A DNA stretch of 64,000 nt from the NCBI RefSeq assembly GCF_006345805.1, contig NC_042997.1, positions 62,496,001-62,560,000 of the forward strand, written 5' to 3'. Under the pieces are notes generated by a model. It was given only the letters and a program-made list of their open reading frames with translations. It searched no databases and was not told the DNA's origin. Of the stretch, positions 39,196 to 52,790 are shown piece by piece (position 1 is the first letter of the stretch; every line of letters starts with the position of its first letter). This DNA comes from Octopus sinensis (Eukaryota). A program made the position numbers and the translations under genes.

Positions 39196-42100
39196 TGAGG
39201 CAAGCTTACAGCTTATTTTCCAGAGTAACATGGAAAGTGTCAGCTGTTCATAGCTAGCAGACTATGAACAGCTGAACCCTGCGATAAATTCTTGCAATTC
39301 CAAGCAACGCTGATTTTTATAGGCGTTCTACCTTTGTATTTGTACCATTCTTTTTGAGCCATCATGGTATTTGGGTGGTGATACTTCCAAGAGCGCTAAT
39401 TACGTCTACTCTTCTATTGACCACAGTCATCGTATTTCCCACTTCAAATCGTCATAGCTGTTAAGTTTTACTTCTTTCTATTTAATCCTGCAATCACTAG
39501 AACATGCTTTGTCGATTATCATGCATGTTCCTTGTTTTTTATTCACCACAACAATGTCCGGTTTCCGATGTCTGGTCAGATGATTATACTAAATCATTGC
39601 ATCCCACAGGATTTTGCAATTTCCGTTCTCGGTGACTCCTTCCGGAGTTTGCTCATACCACGTCTTTGTTCTTTATAGACCGTGATTTCCACAGAGTTCC
39701 CATTGGATCATTCTTGCTACATTCTCATGTCGTCTTTTGTATTCGCGTTGTGCCAATTTCGAGCATTCGCTAACGATATGCCATACCGTTTCACACCTCT
39801 CACCACATATTCTGAATTTTTCGCTGCCGGTAGTGTTGTCGATTCTGCACATCCATTCCATTCCAATCTCCTTTATATTCCGCTTGATGCCTTCTGATTC
39901 TGTTCCCAAGGACCCAACAATAATTAGCACTATCTTCATTTTCTATAGCCGGGCTATTTCGTACTTAAGAGGGTTGTATCTATCAGTCTTTTTGCCTTTC
40001 TTCTTGACTATTCGTAAGTCAAAGGAGCATGCAACATCAATTATACAGCATATGTGGTGCACCTTGTCCACCATCACTAGGTCCGGTTTGTTATGCTCTA
40101 TCACCTAATCTGCTTGGATTGGGATATCTGCGGTTTGTGCTCACACCACATCTTACCTTTCTATAGTCCCACCTTTCGCATAGTTTCCAATGTAGCACTT
40201 TCGCTACCTGATCGTATCGCCACAACTTCTAGTGGTGTTGGGCAAGTCTAGGGCATTCGTTCGTGATAAGGGCAATGGTTTCATCCACCCTGTTGCAGAT
40301 GCGGCACGGCGGAGACACTTTCTCATTCCTACGGTTGGCCCCACTATTCGTGGCTAAAGCTTGGAGTTGCGCTGCCAATATAGTACTCTCGGTCTCTTTT
40401 TTAGGGTTCCTTTAATCAGCCAATCCTACCTATTTCTACCAGCAACCCCTGATGTGGCTACATAGACTTGATTATGTAGTCCTTTCTTGCGTAATTTTTC
40501 TTCGTGTCCTTTTTGTACTGCTTCCTTTGTTTTCCCTTTTTTCTCTGCTCTCAGTCCTTCGTTCCTAACTGTCACTAGCAAGGTTTCCTTACTTTGGACT
40601 AGGTATCTCATTAAGCTCTCGAGTTCGATACGTATGCAGTCTTTCACACTTATCCGTCCCCTTCCTCCATATGCTCTCCTCATGTATAGGTGATCAGTGT
40701 CTGCACGTGGATGATGGGCTTCAATCATTGATTGGAGCATTCTTGACTTCCTGCCCGTATCCTTTAGCTCCTCCTCTGACCATTTCAGCATTCCAGCACC
40801 ATACCGAGCTACTGCGACTGCGCGCGAGTTTATTACCGACATCATGTTTCTGGCATTCAGCTTTCGAGTCAATATTTTTCTCACTCGTCGCAGGTACTCT
40901 CTTTTTTGTCTTTTCCTTCATTTATCTGCCTAAAGTCGATAAATTAAGTACCAGTTACGCACTGGGGTCGCTGGAATCCACTTAATGCCTTCCCCAAAAT
41001 TTGAGGCCTTGTGTTTAAAGTAGAAAGGATCATTATTATTATTATTTTTTTTTATTATTATTTTTTTTATTATTATAATTATTATTATTTTCATTACTTT
41101 TTCACAGCTTCTAACGCTGGAAACGTACTACGGTATCAGCTGTTCACTACCAGTGAACGAAGGTAACACCCCTTATTTTTCGAGTACCTTCCGGAATATT
41201 CAAGCGGTTCCAAGCAGTGCTGTTTTCTGCAAGTGCTCCACCCTTATTGCAGCCCCTGTTTGTTCCACGTACTTCTCGAGATTTTGCTTACTGTTCCCAG
41301 GGCTCCGACAATTATTGGTACTACTGCTACCTTTTTCATCGATTACAACTGCTTAATTTCCTAACCTACCCTGTTATATCACTCGACTTTTCTTTCTTCC
41401 TAATCGCATACCTTGTTGTCAGCTGGGCATGCTATATCTATGATCCAGCATAGTTTGTTTTCTTTCTCAATTAAGACTATGTCTGGCTTCCTTTTCTCTA
41501 TCTCATGGTCGCACTGAGTCATAAAATACCATAGTATCTTTGCATTTCTATTTTCGACGATGCCTTCAGGTTTGTGGTCGTACCAATTTTTTACTCTGTC
41601 AAGTCCATACTTGTTGCAAGGTATCCAATGGAAAATCCTGGCTATATTGTCATGGCGTCTCTTATATCCCTTCTGGGCTAGTGGCGTACATTGACTGGTA
41701 ATATGCCATACGGTTTCACTGTTTTGTCCACAGATTCTGCACTTATCACTTTCTGCTGTGTTGTCTATTTTGTATTTTATGTAGTTTGTTCTTAGTACTT
41801 GCTCTTGGGCAGCACAGATCAGAGCATCCGTTTACGGTTTTAAACCACTTATAGTCATCCACAGCCATCTTTTTTCTCTGTCTGTCTTATTTTCAACACC
41901 TCTATGAAATTGAACATGCGTTCTTTTCTTTACCCACCTATTTTCAGTTTCATCCGTTTTCAATTTCTTGTACAGTGCTTAATCTTTGCAATCTTTCAAC
42001 CTACACAATCCTGACCTTCCTACTTCTAATAATAGCAGTTCTGTGAAATTTTTTACATACCATGCTATGTTGTTTTCTTCTGCTCTAATGCTGTGTTCGC

Positions 42101-42235
42101 ATTCAATAAGTCCTCTTTCCTCTCTTTTTCTTGGCACATACAATCTGTCTGTGTCACTTTTTGGAAGGAGTGACCCATAACTAGTTAGCAACTTCCTTGT
42201 CATTCTGTCTAAGCTGTTTAGTTCGTCTACAATCC
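38700..42235 (-). mobile_element. Stack of four R4/Dong-like RLE-LINE fragments in gene B intron 2 (~38700-39065, 39200-39870, 39870-40925, 41100-42235)
   Basis: RRGIFQVVSISPLF (RT); CCHC CRICGERCETVWHIVSEC; PDIV/PDLV endonuclease motifs; VGSLG/VGALG; HLYMRRAYGGRG; LYVPRKREERGL. Partly separated by (ATT)n tracts. Confidence 0.88.
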
Positions 42236-42247
42236 ATATTATTATCA

Positions 42248-42301
<54 letters not shown>

Positions 42302-42315
42302 TTATTATTATTATT

Positions 42316-42356
<41 letters not shown>

Positions 42357-42365
42357 TATCATCAT

Positions 42366-42473
42366 TACTATTGTTAATTATGTCATTTCATACATAACAG
42401 AAACTTAAGTCTCCGTCTTGTTGTTGGATATTAATTAATCTAATAATTACAATGAATTATTATTGTTATCATT

Positions 42474-42530
<57 letters not shown>

Positions 42531-42711
42531 AATTTTGATCAAACGAATTCAGTTGTTTGACAGTGATTTCATTGATTTGAACACTAAACTAAATTAATTT
42601 CTGCATTTAATTTCCTACTATTCATTGTAATTATTAGATTAATTAATATCCAACAACAAGACGGAGACTTAAGTTTCTGTTATGTATGAAATGACATAAT
42701 TAACAATAGTA
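42366..42711. repeat. Perfect 91-bp inverted repeat (42366-42456 / 42621-42711) in gene B intron 2
   Basis: Arms are exact reverse complements by eye; each contains GAAACTTAAGTC (hammerhead 3'-half-like), suggesting a PLE pseudo-LTR origin. Confidence 0.9.
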
Positions 42712-42865
42712 CTTCATTATGAAAGCGTGACATTGTTGTTATCACGGAAGATATTATGAACTATAAATGGCGGTGCCCCAGCATGGCCACAGCTCGTGAG
42801 CTGAAACTAGATAAAATAAAAAATAAAATAAATACAAAGGAGAGAAATTATATGAATGGACTTAC

Positions 42866-42951
42866 TTAAGTGTATCTTGGCTCATCAGTTTAATGAATTC
42901 CTCCTTGATAACTACTCCATCATTATTCAGGTCAAGACCTTTCAAGTCTTT
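42866..42951 (-). CDS. EF-hand gene B, coding exon 2 (EF2: KDLKGLDLNNDGVVIKEEFIKLMSQDTLK)
   Basis: Acceptor ttttactccgacAG, donor AA|GTAAGT at 42865, 86 nt; paralogous to 514-599 (12/29 aa identical). Confidence 0.9.
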
Positions 42952-43604
42952 CTGTCGGAGTAAAATAACAGTAATTCTAATAAGAATAATATTAAAAATT
43001 AAAAAAATAATAATCACAATGGTTTCACATTTTGGCACAAGACCAGCAAACTGGAGTGGCGGAGGGGACAACTTGATTACATCAACCCCAGTGCTCATCT
43101 GGTACTTATTTTGTCGACCTCGAAAGTCAGCCTTAGCGGAATTTGAACCCAGAACGTAAAAACTGAAGAATTGCTGCTAAGCATTTTGCTCGCGCAGTAA
43201 GGATTCTAACAGCTCGCGGCCTTAATAATAATAATTATGAAGATGATGATGATGATGACGACGATGAGGATGACGACGACGACGACGACGACAACGATGA
43301 TGATGATGAGGAGGAGGAGGATGATGATGATGATGAGGATGATGATGATGATGATAATGATTTAAAATTTTGGCACAAGGCCAACAAATTCAGGGCTGCG
43401 GGTAAGTCGATAACATCGACCTCAGTGCCCAACTGGTACTTATTTTGTATACCTCGACAGATTGAAAAGCAAAGTCAATCTCGGCAGGATATGAATTCAG
43501 AACGGAAAGACGGACGAAATGCCGCTAAACAATTTACCTGGCGTGTTAACGATTCTGCCAGCTCGCCACCTTGATAATAATAATTGTTATAAATAATAAT
43601 AATA

Positions 43605-43650
<46 letters not shown>

Positions 43651-44314
43651 GTTTGAGTTTTGCTTTATGTCTGTACAAGTTGGCTCCAAGTCTCACCCAG
43701 AGACCTCAAGAGACAACAGGTTGGAAGTTCTGTATTATTATTATTATTATTATTATAATTATTATTATTATTATTATTATTATCGAGTGAGAGAACAGCG
43801 AATGCCATCAAAGTGACACTAGGTAAAATATACGAAGCCCAGTATACCCATCATGACTGATAAGGGTACACCAGGCACATGCATCACAACCAAATGTGCG
43901 CGACATGGTGATCTCATATCAAGATAAACAGCGCATGACCTTGCAGGTGGGGCCAAGTTAGAATTTTCTTCTGGTCGAGTAGCCCATCCCGCTCAAAAGT
44001 TCCCTGAATAAGGATTATTTAAGGATGCTGAACGAACCACCCATGTTTTCTAAAGGTGAATTATCCAAGCCTTCAAGAATTCCTTTCAACACACAGCTAA
44101 TGATGCTCCCCCACTACTTCTGCTCGTGGTCAGAGATACACATATCGTCAGCCACTAAAGGACATGGTCAACTGGTTAAGGTCAAACAACTGACAAGCAA
44201 ATCTGTGGTATTGAGCAGAATATTTGCTGTAGCCCAGTGTATATGATAACACTTCCAATCAGTTAAGTTCAGAAGCCATGAGAGCCACTGTCTGCTACTG
44301 TATCAGGGCATATA

Positions 44315-44361
<47 letters not shown>

Positions 44362-44574
44362 CATCATCATCCTTTCTACTATAGGCACAAGGGCTGGAAT
44401 TTGAAGGGAAGGGACTAGACGATTACATCTAACCCAATGTTTCACTGGTTCTTATTTTATCGACCTCGAAAGGATGAAAGGCAAAGTCAACCTCGACGGT
44501 ATTTGAGCTCAGAACGTAAAGACAGATGAAATACCGCTAAGACTTTCGCCCGGTGTGCTAACAATTTTCGCCAT

Positions 44575-44720
44575 AAGTGCTCTAGGAATGATAGCAAAAG
44601 GGGCTGGTTGCTACTATCTCAGGTACCTGGTTATCCAAAAATGGAAGAAATTTTTAAAATAGTGGTATGGGGAACTGCTGGTATCCTACGAAAAATATTG
44701 TCTTTATAATCCCCAGAACA
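44575..44720 (+). mobile_element. R4-like LINE 3' tip
   Basis: ISALGMIAK...GTAGILRKILSL* C-terminal motif across frames. Confidence 0.6.
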
Positions 44721-47291
44721 TTTTAATCTGTAAACATTGTCAAAAGTACGTTTAAATGGACATAATAGCAAATATTCTTTTACTGTCACTTTAAGATCAC
44801 ACTATTGTCTTATACTATTTTAATTGCTTCAGTCATTTGACTGCAGCCTGCTGGAGCAGAGCCTTTAGTCGAGCATCGACCCCAGGACTTATTCATCGTA
44901 AGCTTAGTACTTATTCTATCAGTCTCTTTTGCTGAACCGCTAAGTTACGGGGATGTAAACACACCAGCATCGGTTGTCAAGCGATGTTGGGTGGACGAAC
45001 ACAGACACACGAACACACGCATATATATATATATATACATATATACGACGGGTTACTTTCAGTTTCTGTCTACCAAGTCCACTCACAAGTGGCTATAGTA
45101 GAAGACACTTGCCCAAGGTGGCACGCAGTCTTTCTGAACCCGGAACCATGTGGTTGGTAAGCAAGCTACAATCAAATTACTTTTAAAACAAACTTTTAAT
45201 TTTCTTATGTCTTGACAGACATTCTTTAGAACAGCTGTTCTCAAACTTTTGAAACATTTTTACAGTTTTTTCGTTGATTCGCGGTCCCATATAAAATGCA
45301 GGATAACTAATACGGGAAAATGACATACATTCATGTACCGTAATTTCTGTACTATGAACCACACCGCCCTTAGACCTGCAACCCCAAAAACCACAACTGA
45401 ATCCACGCAATGCCCCATTGTGATACAATAAATACATATGAAAATAGAGGGAATTAGTTGATCAATTGGTTACAAAACATGAGAAACGAAAACTGTCTGA
45501 AAATATCCCGAGCATCCTCTATTCACAACTGTTCATTTTGCAGAAAGAAACTGCGGTTATTACACTGAAATCTACGGTATATATACGTACATGACAGTGT
45601 ACGTATATATACCTTCCCCTTTCACAATGTTTCGGATGCTATTCCTCATCCCCAGTGTCAGGTCATTCCTCATATTGATTATCCAAGAAGTGCATTTCAA
45701 CCAATTTAACTCTTTTCAGCAGAAGAATTATACTAGTATCCCAAAATGTACAGACGCCGCTGTCAATTGGACCACTAGTACGCATGGATAACCACAATTT
45801 TAGTAGAAACATCGTCTTTTCCTACTCCATTGAAGGTTTGCCATCCCTTAGATATATATACATAGGCACATAGATATAGGCGCACACGAATATATGCAAA
45901 TAAAACTACATTCTATTATTCTTGTCATTTTTATAGGTTCCAGTCATCGGACTTGACTTACTAACATCAAAATATTTCACACCTGTTCTACATACTCAAG
46001 CATCCGTTACACGGTGTTTATAACTTCTGATTAACTCATCCTTACAACATGACACACTTCTTTCTGGGTTCTTGTTTCAAGTAAATTCATTGGAAATTAT
46101 TATCATTCTTTACAAACAATATTGTACGTTAATGATAGCATGACTGTTTCGGCGAATGAATTTGTTTTCGAAATATTTCACAAACATCTTTCACTGTTAA
46201 AATTATACATTCAGCTAAGTAAAATAATGTTTTCGAATTTTGGCACAAGACCAGCAATTTCGGAGGAGGGGTAAGTCCATTACATCGATCTCAATGCTCA
46301 ACTGGTACTTATTATATCGATCTCGAAGGGATGAATGGTAAAGTCGACCTCGGCTGCATTTGAACTCAGAACGTAAAGAGGGACGAAATGCCGCAAAGCA
46401 TTTTGCCCGGCGTGCTAAAGATTCTGTCTCCTCGCCGCCTTTCAGCTAAGTAAAATAATCCTTTCTTCTATTGGTACAAGATCTAACATTGTAGAGGGTT
46501 AGTTAATTAAATCGACTCCAGTGCATAACTGGTACTTATTTCATCGACTCCGAGAGGATGAAAGGCAAAGTAGACCTCGGTGGAATTTGAACTCAGAACC
46601 TAAAGTCGGACGAAATACGGATAAGCATTTTGCACGATGTGCTAACGATTCTGCCAGCTCGCCGCCTTTCAGCCAAGTTAAATAATAGAAAAGGTATGAA
46701 TCGAAAAAAGAAAACCATGAATGAAATTTACAAACGCCATGAAGTGATTTTCTCCTAAAAGCATAATCTAATTAAATAATGAGTGTGAAAATTACAGAAG
46801 ATTATGTCTCGTAAAATTGTTCAGGGCCTGGACTTCATGCGGATGGTCATATTGCTACATATCTTTTTCAAATTGGCACATAGCCATAAATGCAAGTTAA
46901 ATGGTTCATAGTTAGTTCCAGCGATTCAATACTTAACTCTTTCCAGTAAGAATGAAAGGCGGAGTCGAACTTTACATTTTGAAATTAGAATGTAAAGGGT
47001 TGTAAGTAGTTAATTAAATACCGCAAGGTATCATCCAGGGGCGCTTTGACAATTCTGTGAAACCATCGTTCAAAACAAAGTGTAATAATATAGATTTCAA
47101 ATTTTGGCACAAGGCCAGCAAGTTGATGAGGAGGGTATAAGTTGATTACAGCGACCGCAGAGATCAAGCCCGAAAGGATGAAAGGTAAAGTTGACCTCAG
47201 CGGAATCTTAACTCAGAACGTAAAGACGGATGAAATGCTGCTAAGCATTTTGCCCGTCGTAAAACGATTCTACCAGTTCGCCAACTTTAAT

Positions 47292-47349
<58 letters not shown>

Positions 47350-47352
<3 letters not shown>

Positions 47353-48830
47353 GAAATAATCAGGACAGAATGTTATCGCAGAGTAAGAGCAATACTCAAG
47401 ACAGAGCTGAATGCGAGAAACAGGATCGAAGCGATCAATACTTTAGCCATACCAGTCATGACTTACAGTTTCAATATCATTAACTGGTCAATTACTGAAA
47501 TATGTAATCTTGACAGAAAAATACGAAAACTGTTTGATGACGCATAGAATGCACCACCCTAAGGCAGATATAGAACGACTTTATCTGCCAAGAAAAGAGG
47601 GAGGCCGTGGACTTTTACAACTGGCAATAACAATGAAGATTGCTACAATTGGCCTAGACACCTACCTGAATAACTCTGAGGACTGGATGTTAAAACTTGT
47701 CTCAAAACATGAAAACAAGAAAGCATCATACTCAGTAACAAAACAGACAAAGGAATATCTAAGTGAATTCCGAATACAACAAATTTCTGAATTAGACATA
47801 CAAGAAACAAGCACAGAAAAAGCTAAGCGCTAAAACTGCTGCCTTAGATATTCTGATTGATAAATGGCAAGAGAAACCTCTCAATGGCAAATACCCAAAG
47901 AGAGCGAATAATGCAGATGTTGATAAAGCCCTGACCCATCAATGGCTAATGGCCTCTGGCTTAAAATCTGAAACAGAAGGGTTTATCATAGCAGCTCAAG
48001 ATCAATGTCTACCTACAAGGAACTACCAGGCCAACATATTAAAGAACGGCAGTAGCCCAACATGTCGTGTATGTCAACAACAAAATGAAGCCATTGATCA
48101 TGTTTCTCCAAGTGAAGTCTTCGTGCGCCTACAGAGTATCTCAACAGGCATGATAGAGCTGCACAATATATTCACTGGGTAATTTGCAAAAGCCTGGACT
48201 TGCCCCATGATAAAAACTGGTGGGAACACAAACCACCTCCAGTGCTTGAAAATGACCACATCTTACTCCTCTGGAACTTCACCATTCAAACTGACAGAAA
48301 GATAGATGCAAATAGGCCAGACATCATATTGAAAGACTTCAGACAAAAAACATGCCTCCTCATTGATATGACTGTCCCAATCGATATAAACATATCTGTC
48401 AAGATAATAAGAACAATGGAAATGTATGGAGTAGCAGAGAATATGAGAAACCTTATATGGAATAGCATGAAATACTGGAAAACGGAATTGACAGCAAGAA
48501 AGCAAGTAATAGGAGAGATGTTTTCCTAGTATCTTCCAGGGGAACGGTGTGACTCCACTGATGTTCGGGGTGGAAATGATCCCCTTGAGTGAAATACTAC
48601 GAAAAACGAAGTTTGGGTATGATCTCGGAAGAGGTAAGGGAAAACTAAACCACTTGCTATTCATAGACGACCTGAAGCTATTCGCAAAAACTGAGGCAGA
48701 ACCGGACAGCCTATTCCAGTCTGTGCGGATTTTCTCCAAAGATATTAAGATGGTGTTTAGATTCTCAAAATGTGCCACGATGGTGATGAGATGAGGAAAT
48801 CTTGTCAAGACAGAAGGCATATGTTTACCT
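47350..48830 (+). mobile_element. Chimeric R4/Dong-like LINE fragments (RT C-term/CCHC/RLE 47350-48402 fused to an RT mid-region 48403-48830)
   Basis: HPKADIERLYLPRKEGGRGL, CRVCQQQNEAIDH, NRPDIILKD, then WNSMKYWKTEL...HLLFIDDLKLF; 5' side abuts (AAC/AAT)n. Confidence 0.88.
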
Positions 48831-49450
48831 ATTTTCAGAGAAATTCCATCAATTGAGGTACCTTTGGCGCCCGGAGATAACTTTGGCAGAAGGAATAGGG
48901 TGGTCTATACCCTCCTAAAGGGACATGCTTGACCTCCTCCTTCTGCCCATGCATCAGTCCCTGTCCCACTACCAGCCCCTTTTCGAGTAATACCAACAAT
49001 TGAGACAAATCTGGCACCCGGAGGTAAGTTTTGTAAGAGGAATAGAGAGGCCTACCTTCTCCCACAGAGATCAGTCCGACCTCCCGTTCCTCCCACTGCA
49101 AACACACCCACCCCACTCAACCCCCTTCTCTCTCTATTGAGTAATATTGTCGAATGAAATAACTTTGGCAACCTGGGCCTCTTACACTGAATGTGAGAGT
49201 CAGATCTCTCCTTTCGAACACATTAACAGTTTCGAAACATTGTTTACAAAATAATAGCTGATCATTTGCGAAGGAGCGTGTCAACAGTCAACACAGGATT
49301 TTTGCTTTGGTAACTTTTCCTACTATGTATCATACTACGATGTATAAAACAGTGAATGGCATGATATGCATGCATTATATTGCACGTTAATTAAAATGTA
49401 ACAAAAGATTTTTTTATGGTGTTCATTTATTATTTTATTCGTGTCAAATC

Positions 49451-49837
49451 ATGACACCAAAATGGAAGTCATCAATTAGGAGAAAAACAAGAAATGCTGC
49501 TTCTACCAGTAGGACTCGGTCGGACAAAGTGTACAGACAAGCCGAACAAGAAAGAGATACAGAAGCACGGAGTGCAAAGCGTCAAAATATAGAAGTGAGA
49601 GACTCTGAGCAACAAACAAATACCTCAGCACGTCGATCACGTAGGCTAAATCCGGCTGTCAGTGCTGCAGAACAAGAGAGCAATACCGCAAACTTCGATC
49701 AAGTTCTCCCACAATTAGAGCTACCGAACAAGCCTATAACACTTGAGCACGACTGCAAACTAAGCAAGCGCAATTGCAAGTCGAAGATGATGAGTTACAA
49801 AATATTTCCCTCGCGGATAGTGAAATCGATGAAATGA
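49451..49837 (+). pseudogene. Helitron RepHel N-terminal repeat region fragment (probable)
   Basis: MTPKWK start and repeated EQExNTxARRxxR units, similar in character to the 30244 N-terminus; no catalytic motifs. Confidence 0.5.
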
Positions 49838-50032
49838 TGAAATTAGTCATTTTGTGTGTATACGCGCGCGCGTATGTGTGTGTGTGTGTGTACACACGTA
49901 CGCATACATACACACATATTCAATACTTGCGTTTTAATGTGCTCGAAAGTATGTTTTGCGACTGTGCAGTGAGCGATGTTTGTATTTATGATATAAATAT
50001 AAAGCTGAAAAACTATTAAAACTTTTACAAAC

Positions 50033-50161
50033 CTCCACAACTTCTTTGGAAACAGATGGAAACATATCCTTGAAATAATCGAAGAACTCTTGATATTCTA
50101 TTTTTCCATTGCCATTCGTGTCGATTTCATCAAAGACTTCACTCCAATTTATAACAAACAT
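50033..50161 (-). CDS. EF-hand gene B, coding exon 1 (EF1: MFVINWSEVFDEIDTNGNGKIEYQEFFDYFKDMFPSVSKEVVE)
   Basis: ATG at 50161, canonical loop DTNGNGKIEYQE, donor GAG|GTTTGT at 50032 (phase 0, matching exon 2). Confidence 0.88.
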
Positions 50162-50263
50162 CGCGAACTAATTGTAACGAAAATGGATATTAACCTCGAG
50201 GAGAATTGCTATTTTCCTGTCTGTAGTATGGAACACTTGTCACACTTAGCTAGCACCCTTTTG

Positions 50264-50319
50264 CTTTTATATAAAACAACTCCTACCACCCACTACTAAA
50301 GCTGCTGATAATTCATTGG
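50264..50319 (-). promoter_or_regulatory. Core promoter of gene B: CCAAT (50319-50315) and TATA box TATATAAAAG (50273-50264)
   Basis: TATA ~105 nt upstream of the ATG, CCAAT ~45 nt further upstream, no upstream ATG in the implied ~80-nt 5'UTR. Confidence 0.6.
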
Positions 50320-51803
50320 TTACCAGCAGTGCTTTCTTTAACCTCGCCATCAGAACATCTGCTAAAATTATTACATTCCCGCTACCACACATCACAGACG
50401 CTTCTTTCTATAAGTATCAATGTGGTTATCTTTTGAGAAGTGACATCGATCATTGATCATTGCTTGTTACTGAAAGAATGCTAGTTCACTCATACAAGCA
50501 TTCACAGGCTTCCCTTGTACACGCACACACATACACACATATACTCACACAGAATTGAAACGCCGTTTGATTTTACTTTTCAGCGTTGAATGTTCACCAC
50601 CCACTTCTATTGCACACGCACACATACACAAACACACACACACACACACATACACACAAACATCCATATACACCCTTTTATATACACACAGATATACTCA
50701 AATAGAGTCGAAACGCTCCCACTACCATTTTGCCATCACCCCTTCCTTTCTCATTCATATGTTGTGACGGAGAAAAACACAAGAATATTATTATAGTAGA
50801 TACACACGCACACACACATACACATTGAGAAATCTGCAGTTACTCTATTCAGGTTACAAGTTCAGGTTTATACCTGTAACTAATGGAGCCTGAGATATAT
50901 AACACACTACCTAAATACCAACTTTGAGAAATTAGGCTTCACAAGACCAAAAAGAAGAAAGACAATTCAAAGACTACAGATCCATTCCATCACTGGATTT
51001 GTTAAAATCTGTAAAATTTTCCAGATGTTTATCATTTAAATATACATGAACCTGTCTAGATGTACAAGGATATTTGTGGTTTTCGTCACTGTTTACAATT
51101 ATGGTTTTAAAAATTTTTATGTATCATATAGATGTAATTTTTGACGCTGAATCCGAATTTATTATTCATATATTACAGAAAGCTTTTGGCAAAAATGTTA
51201 CAGGTGTTCAAAGTTTTATAATTTTCAACTTATCAGAAAACGGTGCGTTCGCTGCCTCTTCCATCCTCAGGGGTGGGGAGTACCGGTATGTCAAAACATT
51301 AAACTAGCTACAGTAAACTGAAAAACATTAAAACATTCAAGAGCAAATTCAATATTTATGAGCTACGAACAAACAAACAGGAATTGCTAGAAATAATAGT
51401 CGAAACATTGCTTAAAACAGACATTTATTAGTTTTAAAAAATTTAAGAACGAAAATTTGCAATACACTCTAGGATTGTGTAAAATAAATTATATTTCTCA
51501 TATCTCCTCCACATAAATTCACAATCATAAGAGCCGACTATGGAATGGTGTGTCCCACACCGACATTTTTTCCAACCTTAAAAAATGGTCATCTCACTGC
51601 TTACAATCATTTCAATAAATTAATTACAAATTTGTACATTAATATTACATTTTTGTGACATGAGTATAATTTCATCAGAGAAAAAAAGCTGCTCCTTTTG
51701 ATGTTATATATGGACCCATCTTCTTTTCTTCTTTTAAATGGATATAAACTGTATGTATGTATATAATGTATGCATGTATATATATATATATATGTATATA
51801 TAT

Positions 51804-52790
51804 ACTAGCATTATGACCCGTCGTTGCCGGGTCATAGTGCTAGTGCATGTATATATGCTTATATATATGTGTACATATTACATGTACATCTATATATATG
51901 TACATCTACACATAAAATACAAAATACAAAGTTATATCTTGATATCGCTAGTGATAACAATGCTCAAAATATATAACAGACTGGAATTGTTAGCCCGTCT
52001 CTTGTAATTTCGATCAATTGTATCTTGTCCTCCCTCTTGTATAGAAGTGTGGCTACAATCCAGCCTACCTCTACTTCGGGGGGGGGGGGGGGTTAAATTT
52101 TTATCCGGGACGTCCTACGTCCCAGATATAAAGGTAAAAATAAAATATTTCCACTTTGCAAGTTCGAGTCGAGTACTCCCTTGCACGCTCCGTTGACTCG
52201 AACCTTGCTTCTATTGTGGCGAATTTACCGTCTCTGGTTAGATATCTTTCATAGTCGCACCAAGATACCTTTCGAAGGCGCTTTCCTCCAGGTGTTCAAA
52301 TCTTCTTTTTTCTCTACATTGTATACTTTATAGACAATAGTCTTTTCTTTAATTTATTTTTTTATTATCCATCTGGACTATTCCATTTCAGCACACTTAT
52401 TTTATTTTTAATTTATTCCCATTCATGTGAAACCACTTATTCAAGTTCAAGTCATTGATGCAATTTTATACCAATTGCTATTTTTACTTTTGTTATGTTA
52501 CGATTATATTATACTTTAGTTTGATTTTAATTATTACTTACTACATATAATTCAATTGTCATTATTATTTTTATTGTTAAAGTGAAAGTATCTGAGAAAT
52601 GTTTTGTTTCACTTTTAACACGTAATACTGAAATAGTGGAGAAGACATAATATTGCTATGGGCTCGCTCGAGGCAAGAAGTTGAACATTTTTTGCCCATG
52701 ACACTACATGGACCCTAAGTAAGGCACGTGAAAATTTGAATGAAATTGGTTGTGTAGTTCTCAAGTTTTAGGGAATCGTAGTGGAGAAGA
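51804..52790 (-). mobile_element. Non-autonomous Helitron-like element with 3' hairpin-CTAG end at 51805
   Basis: Minus strand cccggcaacgacggg tcataatgCTAG|T, closely matching the 3' ends of Helitrons 1 and 2; far boundary approximate. Confidence 0.55.

Noticed and set aside
42768-42815. ggcggtgccccagcatggccacagctcgtgagctgaaactag as a ribozyme
   Set aside because: Has a small hairpin + GAAAC but no catalytic core I can match; probably a repeat tail.
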